This document shows, one piece after another, positions 26,395-40,727 of a DNA stretch of 64,000 nucleotides (positions are counted from its first letter, which is position 1; each line of letters begins with the position of its first letter). The position numbers and the translations under genes are program-made. Origin of the DNA: Eledone cirrhosa (taxonomy: Eukaryota); contig OZ024742.1 of NCBI GenBank assembly GCA_964016885.1, positions 183,210,001 through 183,274,000 of the forward strand, given 5' to 3'. The notes beneath the pieces are model-generated. The model saw only the letters and a list, made by a program, of their open reading frames with translations. It was not told the DNA's origin and searched no databases.

Positions 26395-26960
26395 TTAGAG
26401 GTTAGCTTTGTCTTTCATCCTTATGCGGTCGACAAAATAAAGCACCAGTAATGCACTGGGGTTGATTTAATCGACTTCGCTGTCCCCCAAAATTGCTGGC
26501 CTTGTACCTAAATTAGAAACAATTATTATTAAAGAGCAGTGGATTGGCATAATGATAGAGCATCAGACAACATGCTTTGTGGCACAGAATTACATCTCTT
26601 TACGATTTAAGTTCAAATCCTGCCGAGGTTAGCATTACCTTTCATCGTTACAGGGTTGAAAAAATAAAGTACCAGTAATACACTGAGGTCAGTTTAATCG
26701 ATGTTCCCTTCCCCCAAATTATTGGCTTTGTGCCTAAATCAGAAACCATTATTATTATTAATAAAGGGTGGTGTATTGGCAGAACGTGGGACACCATGCT
26801 TCGCTGTATAAAGTTACGGTCTTTTGTGTTCTGATTTCAAATCCCGCCTAGGTTAGCTTTGCCTTTCATCCTTACAGGGTCAATAAAATACCAGTAATGC
26901 ACTGGAGTCAAATCAATTGTTGGGTTTGTGCCTAAATCAGAAACCATTATTATTATTACT
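26395..26960 (+). mobile_element. three head-to-tail Meta-like SINE copies
   Basis: Three repeats of ctttcatccttac..ggtc..aaaataaagtaccagtaatgcactgg..gcctaaa..agaaac(att)n. Confidence 0.8.
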
Positions 26961-27027
26961 TTTATTAATTTTTAGTTTACTATTTTCAGTATTTTTTGTC
27001 CAACAGGAAGAAGAACTGTAGATGGGG

Positions 27028-27065
<38 letters not shown>

Positions 27066-28223
27066 AGCTAAAATTTGTTGAGTAAGTAACTGTATTAAAA
27101 TAGTTCTCCCTTCAGAATTAAATGAGAGCAATCACAAGAAAACGTTTAGAATATTAAGAAATATAAGAGAACAAGCAGTGCCTTTCAGATGTTCAATAGA
27201 TTTCATTTCTGTTTAAAAGTAAAGAGTTTCTAAGAAAAAGAGGAAAAGAGGTAATGTTTCTAAGACTCATCAGATGCATGACCCTTGCAGACACTTTGAG
27301 AATAGTTGAATCCATGTGCTTTGTAGGTTCTCAGAGAATGATCTGATTATTATAAATACTCTAAGAATGATGAGATCCAGTAGAGGTAATATCCATGACC
27401 GTTGAAGGTATTCCATGAGTGGTCAGGTCCAAAAGAGGCAGTGTCCATGATCATTTCAGATACTCCAAGATTGGTCAGATCCATCATTGTTGCAGGCTCT
27501 TTGATACTGGTCAGATCCACTAGAGGTCTATGACCATTGCAGGTACTTAGATTGGTCAGATCCATGTGGTTTACATAACTGCTTAAACACTTTTAGGTTG
27601 ATATTTGTAGAAAAAATGAGGATGGGAAAGGTATTCCAGGTGGTTGGTATGGGGCATGGATGGTGATAAGAGGACAGATTGGTATTTTGTGTGGGCTTCA
27701 GTGGAAATGGTACATAACTAGAAATTTCAGGAGTAGATGTTATAGTAGCAGTAGAAGAGGCAGAAAGAGGAGACAGCATATCTTTGGGTCCAGCAATTTG
27801 TCCAGGAAATTGAAATTGCCATGACATTTTAGAATCACTCTTCATTCCATCAAATTTAAAAGTAAACCTCCACCCACACACACTGGCCAGTTAATCATAA
27901 CAAGACTGGGGAAAATAAGATGGATGGTTGCTTAGTTTCAATAATTAAAAAAAATAATAAATAAAACAGAATACAACCAATTTATGTATTTTTACATGAA
28001 TGGAGAAAACTGGTTTTTACATTTTATTGACAGAATAGTTCAACTTCACTCAACAAACCCAGACATTTGAAGTAGAACTAATAAATATGCTAGTTCCTTT
28101 GTCATTTATTTCCTTTTTTATCAATCCTAAATCTTCATTTACATCACCTGCCCAAAACTGCTCTTGGTTCTAGGAAATAAAACCATGCATTTTAAAGAGA
28201 ATATATATTTGTTTGTTACTTAC

Positions 28224-28355
28224 AAGGATGTAGACATTCAATGATAGTGGTAGCATCAATAAAATATCCTCCACACAAGATACATGTTAAGTGAGGATTC
28301 AGTTCAGTGATTTTAATCCCCACAGAATGATTTTTCTCTGGAGATTTAGAAATCT
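28224..28355 (-). CDS. BMI1: BMI1/PCGF-like Polycomb RING finger protein, exon encoding the N-terminal half of the C3HC4 RING
   Basis: Minus strand ctttgcag|...|gtaagt. 132 nt encoding [43 protein letters not shown], which matches the BMI1 motif [31 protein letters not shown]. No in-frame ATG. Confidence 0.93.
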
Positions 28356-29799
28356 CTGCAAAGAGACAACAAAATAAAAACATGATTTATTACATTTGTC
28401 AACACAATATACAAATAAACAGGCTTTTCCCTGGAGAATTTAGTAATCTCAGCAAAGAGCAGATAATAAAGACATGATTACATTTGTCAACAAAATATCA
28501 TGATATATGGCCTTATTCCACCACCACCACCATGGTAGTATACCACTCCACTCACCTACATTACTCCCTCTCTTTCCTCATATTGTTTTATTTTAATCAC
28601 CCCTTTCTTTCAATTCATGTTCATATTTGCAGTGAAAAAGGCAGCCCCCACCCCCTAGTGTTGGTGCCACTATAAAATATACTTGGTACTCTACTGTGAA
28701 GTAACTGACACTCATCTGGTGACACCATAGAGTAAAGGGAGGCTCTTCAATCAAGTCAACAATGTCATGGCCTCTGTAGTGCTGGTGCCACTACAAAATT
28801 CATCTAGAAGGGAGTCTTGTATTCACAGTTGCTGATACTAAGCTGCCTGAAACCGTTCATGGTTCTATATACAAAACTGCTTATTTCAAAGAGTTCATAG
28901 AGTGATGATTGACTTAGAAGCTTTCACCGAAAATTGAATGTAGATAATAGTCTCATATGAGGGCATATTAGGGCATTAGTGTGCGTGGGAATCAAACCCA
29001 CTAATGCCCAATTTTTCTGTTTTTCATATGCCCTCATATGAGTATTTTCTATAGTCAATTTATGGTGAAAGCTTCTAATTCTACTTTTAATAGTCACCGC
29101 ATTCTAAATCACCCGTACTTTCATATTTACCACTATTAACACTATAGCTTTAACAAAAAAAAATAGGGTGGGTATATTTGTGTAACCAGTTAGCATACTT
29201 ATCATGAAAATAAGAGGTGTGGGTTTAATTCCGATGTACACTAATGCCCATTTTTTTTTTTTTTACGTTATGAAGGTTCATAAGCGTTAATATTATACTA
29301 TTTTCTATAGCCAATTTACAGTGAAAGCTACTAATTCTATTTTCAAAATTTATTATTTTGACAATATTTACAAAATAATAAATAACATTAACTGACTAAT
29401 TAAGCAATTTAACAAATAATGTAGTTTTATCTCAGACAAGTTAGTTTGTTTCAAAAAACGAATAATTAGACAGAGATGATTAATTACATTTGATACAAAA
29501 ATAACACATACATTATAATTTCTTGAACAGACTACTACACAAGGTGGAAAATCATTAATATTTTCTAATTAAGAATAATTTCCATTACTTTTACTAATTA
29601 GAAAATGATAACGAAGTCTCACAAATTTAGTATTTCAAGAAGAGTTTATTAGTATTAAATGAGAAATTAATGTACTCCTTTAGATAGGATATTAGTTGAT
29701 TGCAGGTAATATCAACTAATTACCTGCACCAAATAATAGAGTAGACTAATGTTTATACAATTTACCTTTTTTCAAAGAGGCATCTGACTATTTACAGTA

Positions 29800-30082
29800 G
29801 GCCTATAACACAGCAGTCCAACGCCTATAATCTAGTAGTCCAACGCCTAAGGCCTATAATCCAGTAGTCCAAAGCCTATAATCCAATAGTCCAAGGACTA
29901 TAGCCAGCAGTAAGGCCTATAGTCAAGTAATCCAAGTCTAGCAGTCTAAGGTCTATAGTCAAGTAATCCAAGGCCTATAATCTAGCAGTCCAAGGCCTAT
30001 AATATAGCAGTCCAAGGTCTATAATATAGCAGTCCAAGGCCTATAGTAAAGCAATCCAAGGCCTATAATGCAATAGTCCAAC
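29800..30082. repeat. about 22-bp minisatellite (aggcctataatctagcagtcca)
   Basis: Direct observation; degenerate units. Confidence 0.9.
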
Positions 30083-30139
30083 AAATTAGCATGAGACAAT
30101 ATGTGACAAGGCTTGACTTTTGAATTACAGGTACAATTG

Positions 30140-30482
30140 GTTATGGTGAAGACACTTTAGAACAATGTGGTTTCAAGTTCAGTTCCACTGAATGGCACGT
30201 TGACCAAGTGTCTTCTATTATAGCCTCAAGTTAAACAACGACGTGTGAGTGAAATTTGGTAGGCAGGAATTGCACACAATCCTGTGTGAGCGTGTGTGTG
30301 TGTGTGTATGTGTTTATGCTGACACCACTTAACAATCAGCACTGTTTGTCCAATAACTTGATTGTTTAATAAAATAAATACTAGAATTGATATAATCGAT
30401 TTAGAAAAAAAAAAAAAACTTTAAGGCAGTGCCCCAGCATGGCTTCATTCCAATGACATATACCAGTAAAAGAATAAAAGTT
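30140..30482 (+). mobile_element. decayed SINE with internal (TG)n and aaggcagtgccccagcatggc tail
   Basis: The tail is also seen at about 500-590 and reversed at 42831-42894. Confidence 0.55.
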
Positions 30483-30974
30483 ATTTCAAAGAAAAAGAAA
30501 ATAACAAATATATATATATATATATATAAAAAAAGAAACAGCTGACAGGAAAATAACAAATTCTGTATTTATTCTACAACAATAAACACTAACATACACC
30601 AGGACTTCATTCATGCAATAATTGGCATGCATGCCACCAATTATATAAAACAACCCCACCTCCTCCAACTATGCCTAATAAATATTCAGAATACAAAACA
30701 CCAATTTATATATTTGGCCCTACATGAATTGTTATTGAAAAGCCATGATGGCAGCGATTTACATTCCATAAAATATAAACTATCAATTTGGTCGTGGGAT
30801 GGGGTTGGAGGGTAAGGTGAGGGGGGTAATGAATAAACAAATAAGTAAGCAGAAATATCAGTTTTTAAATTATCACAACACAATGGTGTCACACAGACAG
30901 GAAGGCAAGTATTCAGATACGAAAATATTTAAGCCAAATATAACAAACAAAAAATATATGAAGTGTAAATAACA

Positions 30975-31880
30975 AAAATATGAAAAGTATTTAAAAAGAA
31001 AAATATCATTATAGAAAAAAATATTATAAACCTTCCCAACATGTGCTTGAAATCATGCAAACCATTCTGGGAATCAATATAGACCCTTCAGGAAAATAAC
31101 TTTGATCTGAAGGAAGAGTGGCAAAGATCATGGAATGGGTTCAAATTTGCCAACCAAGACCTCGTCCTTTCCAAGTGGAACTTGAAAAAGTTGATGAGGG
31201 CTTGGCTAAAGAGAAAAAGTGTCTGTCTTCAGTCTTTTCAGCTGCATCCACCACACAACCTCTTTTGCTAAAACCACCAGGCAGAGGAAAACTACTGCCC
31301 TTCCCAGCTAAATGAAGGTGGTGAGTGATATTCACGATGGACTTGGTCAATAGCCAGATTTGTCCTACATGCGATAATAACTGTTCAACAAAACTCCAAA
31401 GACAGTAATGCACAGACACTGGAAGTTTCCCAGAGTTCCCAGCTCAAAAGTTCTCCAGACCTGTTCCACGTTTACGAATACCTGGAGATGCTCTAGCCTC
31501 AGTTCATGTTTGTGCATCATCAGCCATGGCATGCATAGAGGGTGCTGGCAGCAGATGGACCACCTCACCGATGGAACATCTCCCTTCTTCATGAAGTTGA
31601 AGAGCAGGCGTCCCAATTTGGTGAGTCATGAATAGGGCGGGGGCAAGACAATGGTCAGGTAGTAATAAATGACAGATGTGATGTACTTGTTTGCCACCTC
31701 CGCCCAACCATTCAGAGGTAGCTTCCTCTTGGCCCATTTCTGGGTGAGAGTGGCCATTCTGCTCGTTAACTCATCTCAGTTCTTATTATGGAGGTTTGGC
31801 CAAAATCAGACCCCGAGCAGCTTCTCCAGTCCATCCGTCTAGCTTCCAACAACACCATTGAAAGGCAAGGATGTGTCATT
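30975..31880 (-). pseudogene. decayed Tx1/L1-clade LINE
   Basis: VPSVRWSICCQHP..MPWLMMHKHELRL and LWSFVEQLLSHVGQI align with the ORF at 57870-58901. Confidence 0.85.
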
Positions 31881-32102
31881 TATTCCTCTGTGTGAAAGAC
31901 AAAAACCATTTCAGTACTGTGTTGGCATGGCTGTGTGGGTCACTTTGCCACAACAAGGTATTGGTTTTGGTTTCAATCACACAATCTGGCATATTGCTTG
32001 CATTCAGCCAGTGTCTTCTTCTATAGCTTAACATTGGCCAAAACATTATGAGCAAAATTTGGTAGGCAAAAAATGTGTAGAAATGAGTTATTGTAGTGGT
32101 AC

Positions 32103-32620
32103 ACACCATATATACTCGTACATAAAACGAGAAATATGTGATAAAAATATTGATGAAAAATGTTGGAGGGATTGACTTATATTGGGAGTCAATATTTTGC
32201 CAATTGTCACTACAAATTCTACATAAATGAGGTGCTAAAATAGTTTTGGAGGTAAATATTAAATCATTTTTACTTTGGAGGTGAATATTACACCAGTTAC
32301 AATATTGAGGTAAAATTTGTTTTTCCCTATTGATTTTTAAGTGTTTTGAATGAATATGGCCTTCAAAGTGGTTAGAAATTGGTAAAAAGTAATTACGTAA
32401 TTAAGTTGTGAAACAAACAATATTCTAAATGATACTTAAAACATTTTAAGTATCAAAATATTAAAACTTTATAATTATATTCTCCACTCATGAGAATGTC
32501 AAAACTGCACCATCTAAACATAATGTGTTGATTAGCTGCCTTGACATATACAGGGGTGTAGATTTTTACCCATTTCTCAAACATGAAATAGGGGGTTGGC
32601 TTATATTAGAGTATATACTA
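32103..32620. mobile_element. possible non-autonomous Tc1/mariner-superfamily DNA element
   Basis: Imperfect terminal inverted repeats tatatactcgtacataa ... ttatattagagtatata. Confidence 0.45.
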
Positions 32621-33085
32621 AACCACCTGAAACCAGCAGTGGCTCTGTGAAACAAGTGAAAAATAAGAAGGAAGAAAGAAGAAAGAAGAAAGAAGAAGAA
32701 GAAAAAGAAGAAGAAGGAGGGAGGAGTTCACCAAACAGCAGAAGGAAGCATTCCAGGGAAGTTATGTGGTGTTAGTGATAGCTTTTTCTCAAGGAGAGAA
32801 GGTTGTCTCATTTAATTTAATGCTACAAAAAACCAGAAACACCAGTTCTATAAACACTGGAGTTTACAAAGTACATTTTATTACTAAGATAATCACTGAT
32901 AGTCTCTCAGTAGAAACAAGAAACTGAAGAAAGAAATAGATTGTGAGGAAGTAAAGAGTAAGGAAATGAGTGAGGCATGATGAATAAATTGGCCAAGCAA
33001 AACATCTCAACATGTTATAGAAAACCAACTAAAGCCAGCCCTAATTCTATGATAGAAGGCTGTTTATTTTAAAGAGGATATCATC

Positions 33086-33304
33086 TTAACCCTTTAGCAT
33101 TTACATTACCCTATATATACTATTATAATTTCCATGCAAAGGCTTTACCTTACCTCACATAATATTGGATCTACGAGATTTTGATATTCATTTTAAGAAC
33201 AATACCTTAACATAAATATGAGCAGCCAGTTACAACAGGTTTTAACAGAAAGAGGTGAGAGAATTCTGGCCGGATATGGCTAGTTTAAATTTCTAAAGAG
33301 TTAA
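33086..33304. mobile_element. piggyBac-like MITE
   Basis: ttaa-ccctttagcattta ... taaatttctaaagag-ttaa. Confidence 0.85.
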
Positions 33305-34342
33305 ACCAGTCAGAGACTTTTTCTGGTTCTATAATACAAAGCTGTTAATTTTAAAGTGATTATCATCATTATTTTTAAGTTAATTTTTCATAATGGCTTG
33401 ATTTGGATGGGACTGTTTTGAGGTGATGTTTTACAACCAGATACCCTTCCTGATACCAAACCTTTCAGTCACTTTTTTATGAGTGACTCACAGAGAATAT
33501 GGTGTATCTATTTTACCAGGTTATACATGACTTATATTTATCTAAAACCTTTCCATCATAAGTTTATATAAGAATCTTTAATTTATTTTCTAAACACCAG
33601 ATAAAAATAATGAAAAGTTATTAATAAATCACTCCAAATTCTTGATTATTTTCAAAATCATTTGAAAATCGTATACATTGTTTTTCATTAGAATAATGGT
33701 AATGAATGGGTTAAGAGCTGTGGTTGGCAGCTTAACATACATCACATTCCTGGCGGGGAAAATAACAGCATTTTAGAGGAAAACAAAAACATGAAAGCAA
33801 TTTGATAAAATAGAATATAAAAAATACAGATTAGACGTTTTATACATATGTATATGTATAAATATACATACATACATGAATACACACACACACATGAATA
33901 TATATATATATATTCACACACAATCATATACACATACATGAATACACACACACACATATATATATATATATTTATTAAAATAACAGATTAAAGTTTAAGC
34001 AAAGAATCGCTGCTTTCAACCTTAACGGAATCTTCTGAAACTAACGATTTGCTCTACGGTTCTTATATATTTGATATATATTTATCCTTATCAAACCCTC
34101 TTTGGATTTTAGTCTTCAAACTTATTATTATTACTATATATATATATATATATATAATAGAGAGAGAGAGAGATGAAGTGATTAGTAACATTAACAAGGA
34201 ACTATTAATAAAGTGGTGTGTTAGTACTACTAGTATGTATGTGGTGTGTGTCAGTACTAGTATGTATGTTGTGTGTCAGTACTACTACTGGTATGTACAT
34301 GAAGTGGCGTGTTAATATTACTAGCAGGTATATGGTAAGTGG

Positions 34343-34720
34343 TATCATCATCATCATCATTCTTATCCTCATCATTTGACATCCATTTTTCATGCTGGCA
34401 TGGGCTGGGTGGATTGTCATGCTTTGAGAGTAGACAGGTGTTATATGACAATGTCCTGCTCTTACATTCCAATTTGGCATGGTTTCTATGTCTTAATGCC
34501 ATTCCTAATGACAACCACTTTATGGCAGGTATTGGGTGCATTTATCACGACACCAGTACTACCAGTTTACAGTGTGGGCTGGATGCATTTTAGTGTGACA
34601 TAAGCACTGCCACTTTACAGCATGAGTTAAGTGCATTTTATTATGATACCAACGCTGCCACTTTACAGCATTGCTGGATGGGCCAGGTGCTTTCTATCGT
34701 GGCACCAGCACTAGTATAAT
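34343..34720 (-). mobile_element. degenerate RTE-type 3' tail
   Basis: (CAT)n followed by reverse-complement RTE UTR motifs (tttacagtgtgggctgg). Confidence 0.65.
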
Positions 34721-35763
34721 CCTAGTGTACTCAGCTAGGTAGAGCAGGGCAGTGATAAGAGTGATGGGGGAGAGTGGGACCATGGTGGAAGTGGCACTGT
34801 GGGAGTCATAGTAGCAACATGTTGCTTGTTGAGAGGATCATCACTCAGAAAAGGAAAGCAAGAGAGTAAGAACAGGTGTTGAGTTGCAGAGGTGGTGGTG
34901 GTATTTAAGAGGAGGGTGGGCGATGACTTAGTATTAACATTAAAGTGCTGCTGACGGTTTTCTTTCTCAATGTTGAAACAATTAGCTGTTTAGGATCGAG
35001 AAAAGTACATTTCTAAAAGAAAAGTTAGTTTACTGATGACGTAAATGCTGGAGAGTACAGATAAATTTATCAATTAGTAGTAGAGAGCTGTTAACAGATA
35101 ATAGACAGCAGAGAAAAAACATAAAAAATAAACTATACAACTATCTATACTACTTAGAAATTGTAGTGTATGTAGCATGTGTTAGAATAAAACAACAACT
35201 ACACTGCTAAGCAATGGGGGATATATAGCATGTGTTAGCCAAAGATAAATATATAGAAACAACTTCAAAAGTATATTTGTCTAAAATGTAACGGAAAATA
35301 TTTTGTTAAGTAATGAATTCTCTCTTAAGAAAAATAATAACAACTATTAAAAATTATTTTATCTTTTTTTAATCTTATTTATTTATTCATTCATTGTTTA
35401 TCCAAAATACAAACTAACTAAATGTGGCAAAGTTGCCAAAATACTAAATTTTATTTTTGCACCAATAAATGTACTATATTAAAGCTGTTATGTAATTCAT
35501 GGAAAGTGTCGGTCATACTGGAAAGGGGATGGTAAGAGGCAATGTATGAGAAAGAGTGGTAGTGGTGATGTTAGTGGCAATGCCACCCAATTTTTTTTTT
35601 ATATCATGAACAATTATATTATGTGCATGTGTACGCGCGCGCGCAACCACACATCTATATAAGAATGGAGGCTATAAATATATATATATTATATATACGT
35701 TATTCCGGGTTGAATCGGAGGTAACCACAGAAAGTAAGGTACTCAATACATTGCAGAGTATAA

Positions 35764-36082
35764 AAGTTTTAATATAGATGAGATTCTACAGGACTAGAAC
35801 TGTTTCATTCTTTAGAAATCTTCAGGAATCTGGGTATCAAAAAATAAATATGGTATTTATAGGTCTCTACAAGTGGTAGGAGAGGGTGGGGAGTGGGATG
35901 GGTGTAGGTCATTATTCCCTTTTCTATCAACCAATGACCTACACCCATCCCACTCCCCACCCTCTCCTACCACTTGTAGAGACCTATAAATACCATATTT
36001 ATTTTTTGATACCCAGATTCCTGATGATTTCTAGAGAATGAAACAGTTCTAGTCCTGTAGAATCTCATCTATATTAAAACTT
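35764..36082. repeat. 150-bp-arm inverted repeat (19-nt spacer), each arm containing a hammerhead motif
   Basis: 35764-35913 is the near-perfect reverse complement of 35933-36082. Confidence 0.95.
36015..36065 (+). ncRNA. type I hammerhead ribozyme motif
   Basis: agattc-CTGATGA-tttctagagaat-GAAA-cag..ctg-TA-gaatct. Mirror copy with CTGAAGA on the minus strand at 35781-35831. Confidence 0.75.
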
Positions 36083-36394
36083 ATATTATATACATACATA
36101 TATATATATATTATATATATACATATATATATATATATTATATATATACATATATATATATTATATATATACATATATATATATATTATATATATACATA
36201 TATATATTATATATATACATATATATATATATTATATATATACATATATATATTATATATATACATATATATATATTATATATATACATATGTTATATAT
36301 ATACATATATATATGATATATATACATATATATATATTATATATATACATATGTTATATATATACATATATATATATATTATATATATACATAT

Positions 36395-36582
36395 AACGGT
36401 GGATTGGCAGTATCGGTGGAGGGTCGGACGCCATGCTTTCCAGCATAGTTACGTCCCTTTACGATCTGAGTTCAAATCCCGCCGAGGTTGACTTTGCCTT
36501 TCATCCTTACGGGGTCGATAAAATAAAGTACCAGTAATGCACTGGGTGATTGCTGGCCTTGTGCCTAAAGTAGAAACAATTA
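36395..36582 (+). mobile_element. Meta-like tRNA SINE inserted in the TA repeat
   Basis: tggcagtatcgg A-box, gagttcaaatcc B-box, gcctttcatccttacggggtcgataaaataaagtacc body. Confidence 0.8.
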
Positions 36583-36855
36583 GATATATACATATATTAT
36601 ATATATACATATATATATATATACATATATATACATATATATATATGCATATATATATATATTATATATATACATATATATTATATATATACATATATAT
36701 ATATATTATATATATACATATATATTATATATTATATATATACATATATATTATATATATACATATATATTATATATATACATATATATTATATATATAC
36801 ATATATTATATATATACATATATATATATATATACATATATATTATATATATACA

Positions 36856-36891
<36 letters not shown>

Positions 36892-37252
36892 CATATATAT
36901 ATACATATATATATATATATGCATATATATATATATATTATATATATGCATATATATATATATGCATATATATATATATTATATATATGCATATATATAT
37001 ATATTATATATATACATATATATAGATACATATATATATATTATATATACAAATATATATATTATATATATACATATATATAGATACATATATATATATT
37101 ATATATACAAATATATATATTATATATATACATATATATATATTATATATACAAATATATATAGATACATATATATATATATTATATATACAAATATATA
37201 TATTATATATATACATATATATATATACATATATATATGTATATATATACAA

Positions 37253-37286
<34 letters not shown>

Positions 37287-37289
37287 CAA

Positions 37290-37341
<52 letters not shown>

Positions 37342-37438
37342 TGTATATACAAATATACATATATATATACATATAAATATATTATATATGCAAATATACA
37401 CATATATATATAAATATATATATATATTATATATACAA

Positions 37439-37472
<34 letters not shown>

Positions 37473-37475
37473 CAA

Positions 37476-37515
<40 letters not shown>

Positions 37516-38276
37516 TGTATATACAAATATACATATATATATACATATAAATATATTATATATGCAAATATACACATATATATATAAATATATAATATAT
37601 ACAAATATACATAAATATATTATATATACAAATATACATATATATATAAATATATTATATATACAAATATACATATATATATAAATATATTATATATACA
37701 AATATACATATATATATAAATATATACAAATATACATATATATATATAAATATATTATATATACAAATATACATATATATATATATGTATTATATATACA
37801 CATATACATATATATATATTACATATACAAATATACATATATATGCATATATATATTATATATACAAATATATATAAACATATATAATATATATACAAAT
37901 ATTCATATATATATATATATATATAATATATACAAATATATATATATATATTATATATACAAATATATATATATATATTATATATACAAATAAACACACA
38001 CCTATATATATATTATATATACACATATATATATATTATATATACAAATATACATATATATATATATATTATATATACAAATATACATATATATATATAT
38101 ATTATATATACAAATATACATATATATATATATATTATATATACAAATATACGTATATATATATATTATATATACAAATATACATATATATATATATATT
38201 ATATATACAAATATACATATATATATATATATTATATATACAAATATATATATATATATATATATTATATATACAA

Positions 38277-38308
<32 letters not shown>

Positions 38309-39339
38309 CAAATATATATATATATATATATAAATATATATATATTATATATACAAATAAACATATATATACTATATATACAAATATACATATATATAAA
38401 AATACATATATATATATTATATATACAAATAAACATATATATACTATATATACAAATATACATATATATATAAATACATATATATATATTATATATACAA
38501 ATAAACATATATATACTATATATACAAATATACATATATATATATAAATACATATATATATATTATATATACAAATATACATATACTATATATACAAATA
38601 TACATATATATATATATTATATATACAAATATACATATATATATATTATATATACAAATATACATATATTATATATACAAATATACATATATAATATATA
38701 CAAATATACATATATATACTATATATACAAATATACATATATTATATATACAAATATACATATATATATATATATATATTATATATACAAATATACATAT
38801 ATATTATATATACAAATATACATATATATTATATATACAAATATACATATATATATATATATATATTATATATACAAATATATATATATATATATTATAT
38901 ATACAAATATACATATATATACTATATATACAAATATACATATATATATATATATTATATATACAAATATACATATATATACTATATATATACAAATATA
39001 CATATATATATATATATATTATATATACAAATATACATATATATACAAATATACATATATATATATATATATATAAATACTTAGGTTATGTATGCCCTTT
39101 GTGTTTGTGTAGGCTCTGCACACCCTCTGCACCCTACTATCGACGCCACCCCATCTATGGTTCAGCTAACCACTCGACTCCCGGGAATGAATATGATCGC
39201 AGCTAGTAAACAAGGACCCACAGCCCCCCCCCCCCCCCCCCCCCCGCACCAAGATTAGACTTATCGTCCCCTACTTTTACTCTTTGTTCTTGAATGTTTG
39301 GTTGGTAGAGTCTATAACACCAATCAAACCCCCTTTATA

Positions 39340-39384
39340 GCTCTGACGAATCCTACGGTTACGTGAGGAAGAAACATTGTAAGC
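39340..39384 (+). ncRNA. minimal hammerhead ribozyme motif in island 39079-39430
   Basis: gct-CTGACGA-a-tcct..agga-a-GAAA-cattg-TA-agc. Confidence 0.6.
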
Positions 39385-40365
39385 CAATAAAAATCTGTTG
39401 ATGATGTAGACATCTTGTGTTCTTTTTCATATATATATATATTATATATACAAATATACATATATATATATATTATATATACAAATATACATATATATAT
39501 ATTATATATACAAATATATATATATATACTATATATACAAATATACATATATATATTTATATATACAAATATACATATATATACTATATATACAAATATA
39601 CATATATATATTTATATATACAAATATACATATATATACTATATATACAAATATACATATATATATACTATATATACAAATATACATATATATACTATAT
39701 ATACAAATATACATATATATATATATATATATTATATATACAAATATACATATATATACTATATATACATATATATATATTATATATACAAATATACATA
39801 TATATATATATACAAATATACATATATATATATATTATATATACAAATATAAATATATATATATTATATATACAAATATACATATATAATATATATATAT
39901 ATATACAAATATACATATATATATTATATATACAAATATACATATATAATATATATATATATATACAAATATACATATATATATTATATATACAAATATA
40001 CATATATAATATATATATATATACAAACACATATATATATTATATATACAAATATACATATATAATATATATATATATACAAACACATATATATATTATA
40101 TATACAAATATACATATAATATATACAAATATATATATATATATATTATATATATATACATATATAAATATATTATATATATATACATATATATATATAC
40201 ATATATATATTATATATATATACATATATATTATATATATATACATATATATATATACATATATATATTATATATATATACATATATATATTATATATAT
40301 ATACATATATATATTATATATATATATACATATATATATACATATATATATACATATATATATAC

Positions 40366-40467
<102 letters not shown>

Positions 40468-40653
40468 TATATATATATACATATATATATATATTATATA
40501 TATATATATTATATATATATATATATTATATATATATATATATATTATATATATACATATATATATTTACATATATTATATATATATATATATTATATTA
40601 TATATATATATATACATATATTATATTATATATATACATATATATATACATAT

Positions 40654-40727
<74 letters not shown>

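Noticed and set aside
27027-27062. Poly(A) run as the tail of a retrocopy
   Set aside because: It is on the opposite strand to the adjacent coding-like block and no target duplication is seen.
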